Positions 47,826-57,723 of a stretch of 64,000 nt of DNA are shown in pieces. The position numbers were made by a program, and so were the translations under genes. The notes below the pieces were generated by a model. That model made no database searches, was not told where the DNA came from, and saw only the letters and a list, made by a program, of their open reading frames with translations. Origin of the DNA: a virus. Every line of letters starts with the position of its first letter. Positions within the stretch are counted from its first letter, which is position 1. The DNA lies in IMG/VR virus record IMGVR_UViG_3300030382_001297, positions 1 through 64,000 of that record; one strand, given 5' to 3'.

Positions 47826-48173
47826 TTGAAAAAATTTGGACATGTCGATTTTAAAAATTAAATATAAAATCTTTGGCGTCCCAGCTTTCTGGTGCCTCTT
47901 GGTCTGATAGACCAATGGCATCCGCTACCTGTTGCTCTCTAATTGGACAGTTACCAAAATAAACCTCCATCGCTAAGGATAGGATGAAATCAGTCCAATT
48001 TAAATTATTGTGGTTGCTCATTCTTTACCTCGTATTATACTAAACAGTTCTGCTAATACGTCGTCGTAATATTCCACATCGTTAGGACTGCGGACGTTCC
48101 ACGTATTAAGTTTACTAATATCGTATCTTAAGGAGTCTATCGCTACCAATAGCTCTGTTGTAGTGAAAGCCAT

Positions 48174-48446
48174 TTAAGCACCTCTCTTATAAATTTCTTT
48201 GTTAGGATAGGCCACGAATCTGGCCCCTACGCTATTAATAACGTCCCAAACTTCAGCGTCGTTAAGACTACCGTGTTTAGTTCCAAAAGAGTGGAGATTA
48301 ACCCAGCCTATTGTGTGGCAATAGGTAGAGTTTGGCCCCTCCATTCGGGAACCCATTAGTTCCACCCAAAAATTGTGGATACTCATCAATCGACCATCCC
48401 AGTCGACGAAGCCAGTTTTATTTGTTGTATAAGTTGTTTTATTCAT
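48174..48446 (-). CDS. Hypothetical protein
   Basis: AGAGGTAAAA RBS downstream of promoter C. Confidence 0.65.
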   Translation of the reverse strand: MNKTTYTTNKTGFVDWDGRLMSIHNFWVELMGSRMEGPNSTYCHTIGWVNLHSFGTKHGSLNDAEVWDVINSVGARFVAYPNKEIYKRGA

Positions 48447-48472
48447 TCTTTTACCTCTATTATTACTGTAGC

Positions 48473-48558
48473 GAGAGAGTATTTAAGGGTTTGGGTCATT
48501 TTAGTATATAAGGCACGAGGGAGTATATATAGTGCGATATACGTCCCGCTAACGTTTT
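48473..48558 (-). promoter_or_regulatory. Triple-TATA promoter cassette, copy C
   Basis: Elements at 48479, 48504, 48526 and 48546. Confidence 0.72.
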
Positions 48559-48577
48559 TTTAAAAATTTGCATGTCT

Positions 48578-48948
48578 GGGTATACCCCCCCTACCCCATG
48601 GGGGTATCTCTTCTAGAGAGGATAGCTATATATAGTGGGTATATAAGGGTGGGGGGTCATTTATATATAGGGGGTATATAAGACAAGTGCCACCCCCCCA
48701 TGCATGTGTTGACATGTACATGATTAGACATGTCCCGGTTTTGGGATTGGCTGATGATTAACATTATAATATTAAATAGAAAGTCTACTTAGTATTACCA
48801 TTACTTCTGTTAAATATTTTTGGTATTCGTCCATTACTTAGTGTCACCCCTTAGTTGTTTTTTTGATTTTTTTATTTGTTTATCGAGCATCTTTTCCAAT
48901 TTTTCTAAAATTTCCATTGGGTCTGCGGTGGGGTATACCCCCCCTACC
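48578..48948. repeat. 18-bp direct repeat GGGTATACCCCCCCTACC flanking G/C tracts and a CATG cluster
   Basis: Identical copies at 48578-48595 and 48931-48948; five CATG within 48699-48732. Confidence 0.7.
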
Positions 48949-48965
48949 TCTATTAAACGCATTGA

Positions 48966-49103
48966 TTACCTCTTATTCCAAGTGGAGTATCGGGTAGGTG
49001 TGTCCCTACGGCTGGTCTGCTTCCAGATTTGGGTTGCCACGATGCGAGCTATAAGGGCCCTGTTGTGGTTATCTACTTGCTGTTGTGTTGGTGTAGTTGT
49101 CAT
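48966..49103 (-). CDS. 45-aa microprotein (true start inside track ORF 48966..49307)
   Basis: AGAGGTAAAA RBS before MTTTPTQQQ; promoter D upstream. Confidence 0.55.
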   Translation of the reverse strand: MTTTPTQQQVDNHNRALIARIVATQIWKQTSRRDTPTRYSTWNKR

Positions 49104-49130
49104 TTCTTTTACCTCTATATTACTTATAGC

Positions 49131-49216
49131 AACCAAGTATATAAGGCTATCGCTGGTTTTAGTATATAAGGAAGGAGGAAGTATATATAGTGCAATATAG
49201 CGTCCGCTCACTATTT
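49131..49216 (-). promoter_or_regulatory. Triple-TATA promoter cassette, copy D
   Basis: Elements at 49137, 49162, 49184 and 49204. Confidence 0.7.
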
Positions 49217-49464
49217 TTATTATATTTTTATCTTGCTGCGCGGATGGCCCCCGGTCTAAAAAATCGCATGCCCACCTGTGCTTAACGTCGTGTAGGGGTA
49301 CAAACAAATCGTCTGAATTTTGAAAGTAGTAGTTCTACATAGTAAGAGCTATATAGATATATTATATAGAGTAAGCATTTCAGGACAGGCATTAGTGTCT
49401 ATATGTCATGTTAACAGAAAGTTTTATATACTAATGTGGTCTTAGTAGTTTCAGTGAAAAAATT

Positions 49465-49887
49465 ATGACGAAAAAAACACGCAATAATATCAAGTGGACA
49501 TGTAATGAAATACGTGATTTACTATTAAGCAAGAATGAAGCTTATGGTGATTCAGCGTTAAGTCCAGAAAATATTTTTAGTAAGCTCGATTCAGCACAGG
49601 CCATCTGTGCACGTATCGATGATAAACTCAGTCGTATTGCGAACATTGGGCTCGATGATGCAACTGAAGATACTTTGGACGATTTGATAGGATATCTTAT
49701 CCTGCTCAAAATCGCGAGGAGCGAAGCGGCAGCTAATGTGACTGTATTTACCACGTGTAATTGTGTACATGGGTGTACAGTATGTGGACCGACATGTGAA
49801 TGCGTATGCAATGAAGAGGATGGATATGCTCCACCATGGAGCCACGAAGTTCCGAAGGAAGTGAGAGTATTTACGAGCAATGCTTAA
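49465..49887 (+). CDS. DUF1599/nucleotide-modification-associated-like protein with Cys-rich tail
   Basis: LLLSKNEAYGDS, RIDDKLSRI, EDTLDDLIGYLIL; tail CNCVHGCTVCGPTCECVC. Confidence 0.7.
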   Translation: MTKKTRNNIKWTCNEIRDLLLSKNEAYGDSALSPENIFSKLDSAQAICARIDDKLSRIANIGLDDATEDTLDDLIGYLILLKIARSEAAANVTVFTTCNCVHGCTVCGPTCECVCNEEDGYAPPWSHEVPKEVRVFTSNA

Positions 49888-49919
49888 TGGAGCTTATAAT
49901 CAAAAGTAGAGTTGATTAA

Positions 49920-50984
49920 ATGATAGAGATGAAAGACCTAATGGAGACTTCTCTGGTAGCACAGTTACTAGAGAAGGGAGGCAGAATTGAGCCTCTTATA
50001 GTAGAGAACAGTAAGTCAGATGGGTTGGGATTATGCAACCCGTCAATTTGGCATAAAGAAGGTACAACCAAGTACTTAGTTAATGTAAGGAAAGTTTCTT
50101 ATTACTTACACCACTGTGAAGGAGAACAGAAGTATCAGACCCCTTGGGGCCCCCTGAATTATGTTCGCCCCGACGATGACCCTTATTTAAGAACAGATAA
50201 TTTTATCTGTGACTTTAATTTAAGGAATATGAAATTAACTAACCCCCGAAAGATAAACACTAACAAGTTTACCAAAGAACCTGAATGGGACTTTGTGGGA
50301 CTAGAGGACGCTAGGATTGTCGAGTGGGAAGGAAAGATGTACGTAACTGGCGTTCGGCGCTACGCGCCGGATGGAAAGGGAAGGATGGTATTGTCCGAAA
50401 TTGATATTACACCAAAAGGTGTGAAGGAGATAGGACGTTATGTCATGTTACCCCCAGAAGGTGAAGAGAATTACTGTGAGAAGAATTGGATGCCTATATT
50501 AGATAAGCCGTTTCACTTCGTGAAATGGTCTAATCCTATAGAGGTTATTAAAGTGGATATAAATAAAAAGTGGAAGAACAACCCTAAGAAATATCGATGT
50601 CCAAGTAGTTACGTATTCAAAGGAGACCCTAAGAAGAAACTACCCTTCCAGTTAGACCCACGTGGTAGCTCTCAGGTAATACCTTATCATGGTTATTACA
50701 TGGCTATCGTACACGAGTGTGATTACTGGCACAATGATAAGAACGATAGAGATTCACATTATTACCATAGATTTATGGTATGGGATAAAAAGTGGAACGT
50801 AGTGACTTATTCAGACCCATTCAAGTTTATGGATGGACGTATAGAGTTCTGTTGTGGAATGGCTGTGCACCCAGATGGAAATGACGTTTACGTTACCTTT
50901 GGGTTCCAAGATAATTCTGCATACAAACTACATATACCTGCTGAACACTTAAACACTATGTTGGAGTTCCCTAAGAAAGAATGA
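49920..50984 (+). CDS. Five-bladed beta-propeller glycosidase/phosphorylase-like protein (GH130-like)
   Basis: CNPSI, GLEDARIV, CEKNWMP, RGSSQ, YYHRF, IEFCCGM, VTFGFQDN. Confidence 0.75.
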   Translation: MIEMKDLMETSLVAQLLEKGGRIEPLIVENSKSDGLGLCNPSIWHKEGTTKYLVNVRKVSYYLHHCEGEQKYQTPWGPLNYVRPDDDPYLRTDNFICDFNLRNMKLTNPRKINTNKFTKEPEWDFVGLEDARIVEWEGKMYVTGVRRYAPDGKGRMVLSEIDITPKGVKEIGRYVMLPPEGEENYCEKNWMPILDKPFHFVKWSNPIEVIKVDINKKWKNNPKKYRCPSSYVFKGDPKKKLPFQLDPRGSSQVIPYHGYYMAIVHECDYWHNDKNDRDSHYYHRFMVWDKKWNVVTYSDPFKFMDGRIEFCCGMAVHPDGNDVYVTFGFQDNSAYKLHIPAEHLNTMLEFPKKE

Positions 50985-52558
50985 AGAACGACTATTGGAG
51001 AACCACAGACTGGCCTACGCTAGAAATAACAACATCTATACCTAAAGCAGGGTGTGTAGTTGATTGTGTCTTTTGCCCACAACGAGTTTTACAAAAGGTG
51101 TGGGATAGCGAACACTTCACTACAGAAAAAGCTAGAATCATGAGGTTAGAAGACTTCAAGATGGTAGTTGATAAATTACCTAAAGAAGTTAGAATAACCT
51201 TCTCTGGTTTTACTGAACCTTGGTTAAACAAAGATTGTTCAACGATGGTGCAATATGCACATCTCAAGGGACACCCTGTATCTGTATTCACTACAGCCGT
51301 AGGTATGAGTCTTAAAGATGTTAAAATGATTTCGCATATACCTTTCTGTGGAGGACCCAATGGTGGATTTACATTACATCTACCTGATAAAGAAAGACTG
51401 GCTAAACACCCAGTAACTAAAACATATATTAAAGTAGTACAAGCGTTAAAGGACGCTGACATTACAAACTTCCAAACCATGTCAATGGGGGAAGTCCACG
51501 AAGAAGTGGAACATATATATCCCGATAAGACAGTTAATAAATATGAAATGTGGCATCGAGCAGGTAACCTATTAGGTGAAGCTCAACTGAAGCCAGAAGT
51601 AAAAGAAGTATGGGATAGATTCAAATCTGTTTACCATGAAGGAGATAAAACATGTGGTTGTATAGAAGGTTTATATCATAACATACTATTACCTAATGGT
51701 GAAGTATCGCTATGTTGTATGGATTATAACCTAGAAGAAATAATAGGTAATTTGTATACACAAGAATATGATGATATAATGCCTAAACCACAAACATGCT
51801 ATGACATGTGTAAAAGATGTGAGAATGGAGTAGACCCCATAACTAGCAATTCTAGTATGGTTAAAGAGTATGGTGTCGCAGACGCATTGTCTTGCGACCA
51901 CTTTATAGCACCTGATGAGATGGTACAGTATTTAGGCTTCGATATGAACCCTGATAAACGTGTACCTGAAGCAGACATCATACAAAGCATGAGGGAATAT
52001 ATAAACCCTAGTGGAACATTTGTAGATGTGGGTGCACATATAGGAACTTATACATGGTTATTAGGACCTTATGCTAAGGAGGTTTATGCCTTTGAGCCTA
52101 CTCGTAGAATTTATAATCATCTATGCGCTAATGTTTTATTAAAGAACCTTTCTGACAAAGTAGAAACTTATAATATAGGATTATCTGATACTAATGGTAA
52201 ATTACCATTTTATGAGAGACAACCTGATGGAGGAACTAATGGTTTCACAGAAATTGGTTGGAAAGAAGATGATTCTTATATGCTGCCTGTTCTTAAAATG
52301 GATGAGTTTGATATAAAAGATATAAGTTTAATTAAGATAGATGTAGAGGGACACGAGCTTCAAGTTATCAAAGGAGCTTCTGAAACCCTTAAGAATAATA
52401 ATTACCCTCCTATTCTCTTTGAAAGTTGGGAACCTACGAGGTCCCAAAGAGCAGGAGAACTTAGAACGGAGCTGTTTAATTATTTATATGAAATAGGATA
52501 TACTGTCTGCCAGACAGAATCTCCTGAGATATTTTTAGCAAAGAAGGAAAAATTATGA
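50981..52558 (+). CDS. Radical SAM/SPASM domain fused to an FkbM-family methyltransferase
   Basis: CVVDCVFC, FSGFTEP, GEVSLCCMDY; then VDVGAHIG, AFEP, LIKIDVEGHELQVIKGA. Confidence 0.85.
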   Translation: MKNDYWRTTDWPTLEITTSIPKAGCVVDCVFCPQRVLQKVWDSEHFTTEKARIMRLEDFKMVVDKLPKEVRITFSGFTEPWLNKDCSTMVQYAHLKGHPVSVFTTAVGMSLKDVKMISHIPFCGGPNGGFTLHLPDKERLAKHPVTKTYIKVVQALKDADITNFQTMSMGEVHEEVEHIYPDKTVNKYEMWHRAGNLLGEAQLKPEVKEVWDRFKSVYHEGDKTCGCIEGLYHNILLPNGEVSLCCMDYNLEEIIGNLYTQEYDDIMPKPQTCYDMCKRCENGVDPITSNSSMVKEYGVADALSCDHFIAPDEMVQYLGFDMNPDKRVPEADIIQSMREYINPSGTFVDVGAHIGTYTWLLGPYAKEVYAFEPTRRIYNHLCANVLLKNLSDKVETYNIGLSDTNGKLPFYERQPDGGTNGFTEIGWKEDDSYMLPVLKMDEFDIKDISLIKIDVEGHELQVIKGASETLKNNNYPPILFESWEPTRSQRAGELRTELFNYLYEIGYTVCQTESPEIFLAKKEKL

Positions 52559-53223
52559 ACGAACTACAAGCAAAATTAGAACAATACATCGAAGCCCCTG
52601 ATGTCCCCGAACATTCATTTGAATGCGGGTGGGAGTATGAACTCATCGGGCAATACGCATCTGCCATGGGTTATTACCTTAAATGTGCAGAGTTAACAGA
52701 TAACGACCTTTTAGCATATGAGTGCTTAATGCGCAAAGCTATATGCTTTAGAAGGTTGGGAGGAAGAGAACACCACGTACAGAACTGTTGTCAGATGGCA
52801 ATATCACTGCTACCCGGAAGACCTGAAGCTTATCATTACTTAAGCCAGTCTTTGGAGTATTCGGCCCGTTGGGTAGAATCCCATATGGTGGCTAGAGCAG
52901 GTCAACGCTTAAACGCAGAACGTGACTCATTAATGTTTGATATAGATGGGATGGATTTAGATTATCCGGGCCCTTTCGCGTTACCTTTCCAAGAAGCAGT
53001 AGCTTTGTGGTGGATTGGGCGATTTAAAGAATGTATAGAAAAATTCAAAGAAGTACAGGAAATGGAGTTAGACGTAGCATATACAGGCCACGTTAAGTGG
53101 AATATTGATAATCTAGAAGGTAGAGACGCTGATGCTTTAGCAGGAATAAAAAAGCATAAAAAGAAGAGCATTACTAATAAAGATGACATAATAAAGAAAA
53201 TGCTTACGGAGTCAAAGAAATGA
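52555..53223 (+). CDS. TPR-repeat protein
   Basis: AMGYYLKCAE, AISLLPGRPEAYHYL. Confidence 0.7.
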   Translation: MNELQAKLEQYIEAPDVPEHSFECGWEYELIGQYASAMGYYLKCAELTDNDLLAYECLMRKAICFRRLGGREHHVQNCCQMAISLLPGRPEAYHYLSQSLEYSARWVESHMVARAGQRLNAERDSLMFDIDGMDLDYPGPFALPFQEAVALWWIGRFKECIEKFKEVQEMELDVAYTGHVKWNIDNLEGRDADALAGIKKHKKKSITNKDDIIKKMLTESKK

Positions 53224-54044
53224 AGGACAGTTCAAAATCCCCTGTAGTGATGCCCGGCCCTAAACCAGATGGGTGGATATCCACGGACGATTTTGAGCAT
53301 ATGAGGTCATTAGGTATGAACGACCCAAAAGAATACGAAAGACTAAAAGGACTATCTACAGAAGAACTTATGGAAGAGTATGTTGAGGATATAAGACCCA
53401 CAGATAACTACCTGTCGTATATAGTAGTGGATGACTTTTATAACGACCCAGATATTGTAAGGGAATATGCTTTGACACGTGATTATGTACCTCGTGGAGA
53501 ACATGGGGCTGTAGGTCATCGAACTCACGCAAAAAAGATATTCAAAGGAACTAAAGAAAAGTTTGAAACTCTAATTGGTGATAAGACCGTTAAAGGAACG
53601 GAGCTTGGTGGATGGGACTATACTACTAATGGCGTCTTCCAACACTGTATGGCAGAGGACCCCTTCGTCATACACGCAGATACTCAACGTTGGGCAGCTC
53701 TGGTGTATCTTACTCCAGACCCTCCTCCTCAATGTGGAACCAATTTATATAGACATAAAGCTACAGGCAAGTTCTCAGTAGAGAATGATGGTGATTGGAA
53801 TATGTTCGCAGGGAACTTTTATGATGAAACCCCTTTTGAATTAGTGGATAGAATAGGAAATAGATATAATAGAATGGTATTGTTCGATGCAAGGAATATA
53901 CATGCAGCAGCACAATATTTTGGAAATGATATAGATAATGATAGACTCTTCCAGATATTCTTTTTTAACACAAAGAATGCAGAAGGTATAAGAGTACATG
54001 GAATGGATATGAAGGAAATGGAGAAGAACGCATATGGAAACTAA
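53220..54044 (+). CDS. 2OG-Fe(II) oxygenase-like protein (DUF6445-like)
   Basis: IVVDDFYNDPD, IHAD, AALVYLTP, GTNLY, NRMVLFD..IHAA, RLFQIFF. Confidence 0.78.
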   Translation: MKDSSKSPVVMPGPKPDGWISTDDFEHMRSLGMNDPKEYERLKGLSTEELMEEYVEDIRPTDNYLSYIVVDDFYNDPDIVREYALTRDYVPRGEHGAVGHRTHAKKIFKGTKEKFETLIGDKTVKGTELGGWDYTTNGVFQHCMAEDPFVIHADTQRWAALVYLTPDPPPQCGTNLYRHKATGKFSVENDGDWNMFAGNFYDETPFELVDRIGNRYNRMVLFDARNIHAAAQYFGNDIDNDRLFQIFFFNTKNAEGIRVHGMDMKEMEKNAYGN

Positions 54045-55005
54045 ATGGACCGCAAGTCATATGAGGTTGAGCCCTAGTAAAATAAATACGTATATGAAAT
54101 GCCCTAGGGAATTTTATTATAAATATATAGCGAAGATACCTGAGAAGAAAACAATTCACTTGTTTCGTGGTACATTAGTACACAAAGTATTAGAGAACTT
54201 ATTTAAAAATAAATTTAAAACCTTACCCCAATGGGAGAAGGGTGGACCCTCTGAATGGGTTCAAGAACAGTTTGAAACAGGCTGGGAAGAAAAGATAGGT
54301 AAACATAAATGGCTGTGGGAAATACACACCAAAGAAGAGATGGATGCTATGTATGTTGAGACTGAGGACTTATTACAGAATTTTGTTAAGTCCGTTGATA
54401 AAAAATTAACAGAAATGGTAAAATGGAAAATATTCAAAAATAAGTATCAAGCTTGGAATGCAGTAGCTCCTAAGTATGCTGAAAAATGGGTTAAGTCTTC
54501 AGAGTATGCTATAGTAGGAGTTGTTGACGTAGTATGTAATGATTTCGATGGTGGTACAACTTTGCTGGACTACAAGACCAGTAAGCGTTATGGTGCATAC
54601 CTTCCAGAGGAATATTATCGCCAATTAATTATCTATGCATTTTTGTATACATTAGAGATGGGTGAGATGCCTAATTTTGTAGGCGTTAATTATCTACGCT
54701 TTGATGATACATTCTTTGTTAAGGTTAATCAACAAGTGCTTGATGAAGCTAAAGATATAATCAAGATGGTACATGATTGCATAAAGGAACGTGAAGAATA
54801 TGAGGACCGATATGAACAAGTGCCTCAGAATCTCTGTAAGTGGTGTTCATTCAATAAAGAACACAACGGTGGGCCATGTGACGTGGTAATACCAAAGTGG
54901 GAACCTAAATACAAGAAAAAGAAGGAAAACTATGAAGATATCTCTAAGCAGTCCAAACTCCTCATTGAATTGGAAAACCAAGAACAGTTTCCTGAGTTTG
55001 ATTAG
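54034..55005 (+). CDS. Cas4/AddB-like PD-(D/E)XK nuclease
   Basis: LSPSKINTYMKCP, GTLVHKVLE, GVVD..LLDYKTS, QLIIYA, CKWCSF....C. Confidence 0.85.
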   Translation: METKWTASHMRLSPSKINTYMKCPREFYYKYIAKIPEKKTIHLFRGTLVHKVLENLFKNKFKTLPQWEKGGPSEWVQEQFETGWEEKIGKHKWLWEIHTKEEMDAMYVETEDLLQNFVKSVDKKLTEMVKWKIFKNKYQAWNAVAPKYAEKWVKSSEYAIVGVVDVVCNDFDGGTTLLDYKTSKRYGAYLPEEYYRQLIIYAFLYTLEMGEMPNFVGVNYLRFDDTFFVKVNQQVLDEAKDIIKMVHDCIKEREEYEDRYEQVPQNLCKWCSFNKEHNGGPCDVVIPKWEPKYKKKKENYEDISKQSKLLIELENQEQFPEFD

Positions 55006-55043
55006 GGCAATCTTTATATACTTGCGCGGTGTAGAAAATATCT

Positions 55044-56003
55044 ATGGCGCGCGACGATTATGGAGCCATAAACGTGATTTCTGATGAGGAACGCGAAATC
55101 CTAGGCATAGGAGGCTCCAAGAAACCTGATGATGACGATGAGAAATTGTTCGAGACTATTGGTAAAGCTGCTGATAAGATAGGGGAAACCCAAGTAGGCA
55201 AGAAGATAGGAACAATAATAACTATAGTATTGCTAGCTCTCTTGAGTGGAGGGGCCAATATGTCTATCATTCACGATTATTTAAACGGTGATGAAGAAAT
55301 TGGTCCTGTCGGGGGCTGTTTACAGACAGATGCTACCAATTATAACCCACAAGCTACTTTCGACGATGGAAGTTGTAACTTCTTGATTATTATATATGGT
55401 TGTACGAATTCTCAAGCTGAGAACTATCAACCTAATGCTACGCATGACGATGGTCGTTGTGTAGTTATAAATGATAATCCCAATGGCACCAATGGTAATG
55501 GTAATGAAACCGCTGCCATCTATGGTTGTACAGATATAGAAGCCAATAATTATGATGATAAAGCTACTGAAGATGATGGTTCATGTGATTACGAGGATGA
55601 ATATGAAGAAGAACACGGGAACCACACATCGGTACACTTTTATCCCGGTTGGTATAACGAAGAGACCGATAATATGTCTGTCTTCTGGGTAGACCCAGAT
55701 GCTGACGGTATTTCCGTATTAACAGATATAGATACAGATTGTTATGATTATAGTACGTCTGTATTAGTTTATGTGGATGTATGGCATGAGGAATCTGGTG
55801 ATTATAACTGGACCGATTTATATTTTACAGTTAATGGTAATGATTGGGACGACCATTGGTTTAATTTCACTTTTGAAGAACTTAATAATACAGAAGGTAC
55901 ATGGTCCATGTGGGTAGCATTACTCGTATGGGACGATGTAGATGAAGAATATATCTTTCAACAACAGTTTGATATACCAATGATAAGAGTGGAGGAGCCA
56001 TGA
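55044..56003 (+). CDS. Membrane-anchored acidic protein with three GCxD/N-A-NY-AT-DDGxC repeats
   Basis: One TM helix followed by three Cys repeats; own TATA at 55008-55020. Confidence 0.75.
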   Translation: MARDDYGAINVISDEEREILGIGGSKKPDDDDEKLFETIGKAADKIGETQVGKKIGTIITIVLLALLSGGANMSIIHDYLNGDEEIGPVGGCLQTDATNYNPQATFDDGSCNFLIIIYGCTNSQAENYQPNATHDDGRCVVINDNPNGTNGNGNETAAIYGCTDIEANNYDDKATEDDGSCDYEDEYEEEHGNHTSVHFYPGWYNEETDNMSVFWVDPDADGISVLTDIDTDCYDYSTSVLVYVDVWHEESGDYNWTDLYFTVNGNDWDDHWFNFTFEELNNTEGTWSMWVALLVWDDVDEEYIFQQQFDIPMIRVEEP

Positions 56004-56124
56004 AGGCCAAAGATATGATGCAGTTAACAGATAAATTAGATATGATATTGTCAGAACTGGACGACTTGAGAACATTAGTTATAAAGTCTACAGCAGACGA
56101 ATATAAAAGAAGTATGGAGGAAGA

Positions 56125-56448
56125 ATGAGTAATCATAAAAAAGATGCAGCATCCCCTGATGGGAACTTTGCTAACTTTATGATGATGTTAGTAGCAGCAC
56201 CAGTAGTTATGGCATGGGTAGGACTATCTATATTTTTAGTTACTATGGCGTTCAGAGAACCCACAATAGTACAAGATATAGAGTCATATAAATCAGTATT
56301 ACTGATTATAGGTTCACCTGCGCTAGTAATTATATATAAGGTATTAGAGTTATGGACTGCTCAACAGAACAGTCAGATAGAACAAACAAGAAAAGGTACG
56401 TTTCGTAATGGAGACGAACACGAACACGAAGAGGAGATAAAGAAATGA
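56125..56448 (+). CDS. Two-TM membrane protein
   Basis: Two hydrophobic helices and a charged C-terminus; GGAGG RBS. Confidence 0.6.
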   Translation: MSNHKKDAASPDGNFANFMMMLVAAPVVMAWVGLSIFLVTMAFREPTIVQDIESYKSVLLIIGSPALVIIYKVLELWTAQQNSQIEQTRKGTFRNGDEHEHEEEIKK

Positions 56449-56584
56449 ACGATTTTGAAATAAGAGCGATGTATGAACAAGTACAACAGATGGAAGTGAA
56501 AATGAAAGCATTAGAGGTAGTATTGAACGATTGCCTCGACAGACTTGGCCTAGAGAGATTAGCTAGGCTAAAAGGAGAAGAATA

Positions 56585-56992
56585 ATGCCAACGAAAGAAC
56601 TATATGAAAAATATCAAGGTAACCAATCAGATAAGAAACCTGTGGAGTCATCCGCAGGAGGATTGTTTAAAGGAGAACACTGGTCAGAAGAGTACGCAAA
56701 GACTCTAGACTGGGAACACCCATCACAAGCAGAAATAAATGAGATGGCTCACGCTTCTCATAAAGCTATTACCTGTATGGATAAAATGCCCGAAGATATT
56801 AAAGATAAGCCCGCAATTAGAGAAGTATATGATGGTACAACTTATAGCTTAGCCTACATTCCTACTCAAGAATATCTAGAAGATATGAAAGAGAGTCACG
56901 AACGAGGAGACCGTGAATACGGTGCCCAGAACGAAGAGAGTGACCCAATGGATGTTTATACTGCAAAGTATGATAGGAAAGGAGATGAGTAA
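56585..56992 (+). CDS. Hypothetical protein
   Basis: AGGAG RBS; 135 aa. Confidence 0.55.
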   Translation: MPTKELYEKYQGNQSDKKPVESSAGGLFKGEHWSEEYAKTLDWEHPSQAEINEMAHASHKAITCMDKMPEDIKDKPAIREVYDGTTYSLAYIPTQEYLEDMKESHERGDREYGAQNEESDPMDVYTAKYDRKGDE

Positions 56993-56994
56993 TC

Positions 56995-57198
56995 ATGGCT
57001 GACGATATTGTGGACGACGGGGCTGAGCCCTCAGAAGAAAAAACATGTTGCGACTGTTGTTGCACCAAAACAATCTTAGCTAAAATAGATAAGGAGAACT
57101 TTATTAATATGAACTATCAAGGTGAAAATGATAATAGTTTTACTACTCTAATAGGTAAGGTAGACGAAATACTTAAATTATTAAATAAAGAGGATTAA
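56995..57198 (+). CDS. Small protein with CCDCCC motif
   Basis: ORF in the operon. Confidence 0.5.
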   Translation: MADDIVDDGAEPSEEKTCCDCCCTKTILAKIDKENFINMNYQGENDNSFTTLIGKVDEILKLLNKED

Positions 57199-57199
57199 T

Positions 57200-57451
57200 A
57201 TGGCAGAAAATCAAAATAAAAAATACAACATAGATAAAACTCTTACAATGAGGAAGAGCGGACAAGGTGAAAAGGTTTACAGCCACGTTGGTGGTAAAAC
57301 TCATGCCCTTGAACATCATGCTATATCTAAAGAGACAGCTCTTAAACAAATTAGAGATGTAACTGAATCAGAGATAGCACGCCGTGAACATCATGGTCAT
57401 CATATTGGTAAGAGACAACATTCCAAAACCAAATACACCCATCATGGTTAG
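57200..57451 (+). CDS. His/Lys-rich small protein
   Basis: GAGG RBS; HHGHH and terminal HHG. Confidence 0.55.
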   Translation: MAENQNKKYNIDKTLTMRKSGQGEKVYSHVGGKTHALEHHAISKETALKQIRDVTESEIARREHHGHHIGKRQHSKTKYTHHG

Positions 57452-57453
57452 AT

Positions 57454-57723
57454 ATGGCTTACAACAGTAAATCTAAAAAACGTCGTGAAGCGGCAGCAAG
57501 AAAGAAGCCGGGAGGCTCAAACGTAGGAGATTATCCTAACGTTAGTAAATTTGCTGGCCCATCAGGAGGAGCACCTAAAGGTAGCTATCCTATTAATACT
57601 AAGAAGAGAGCTAAATCAGCTCTTAAGCTGGCACATAATGCGCCAAACCCAGCTGGTATCAAAAAGGCAGTATACAAAGAGTATCCTTCTTTAAAGAAGA
57701 AAAAGAATGGTAAGAAAAAATAA
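57454..57723 (+). CDS. Highly basic small protein
   Basis: FAGP..SYPINTKKRAKSAL motif seen in phage head-associated small proteins. Confidence 0.6.
   Translation: MAYNSKSKKRREAAARKKPGGSNVGDYPNVSKFAGPSGGAPKGSYPINTKKRAKSALKLAHNAPNPAGIKKAVYKEYPSLKKKKNGKKK

Noticed and set aside
43950-49330. CRISPR or mini-CRISPR array (prompted by the repeats and the Cas4-like gene)
   Set aside because: No 25-40-bp repeats with regular unique spacers. The repeats are 11-mers or promoter cassettes, and solo Cas4-like nucleases are common in viruses.
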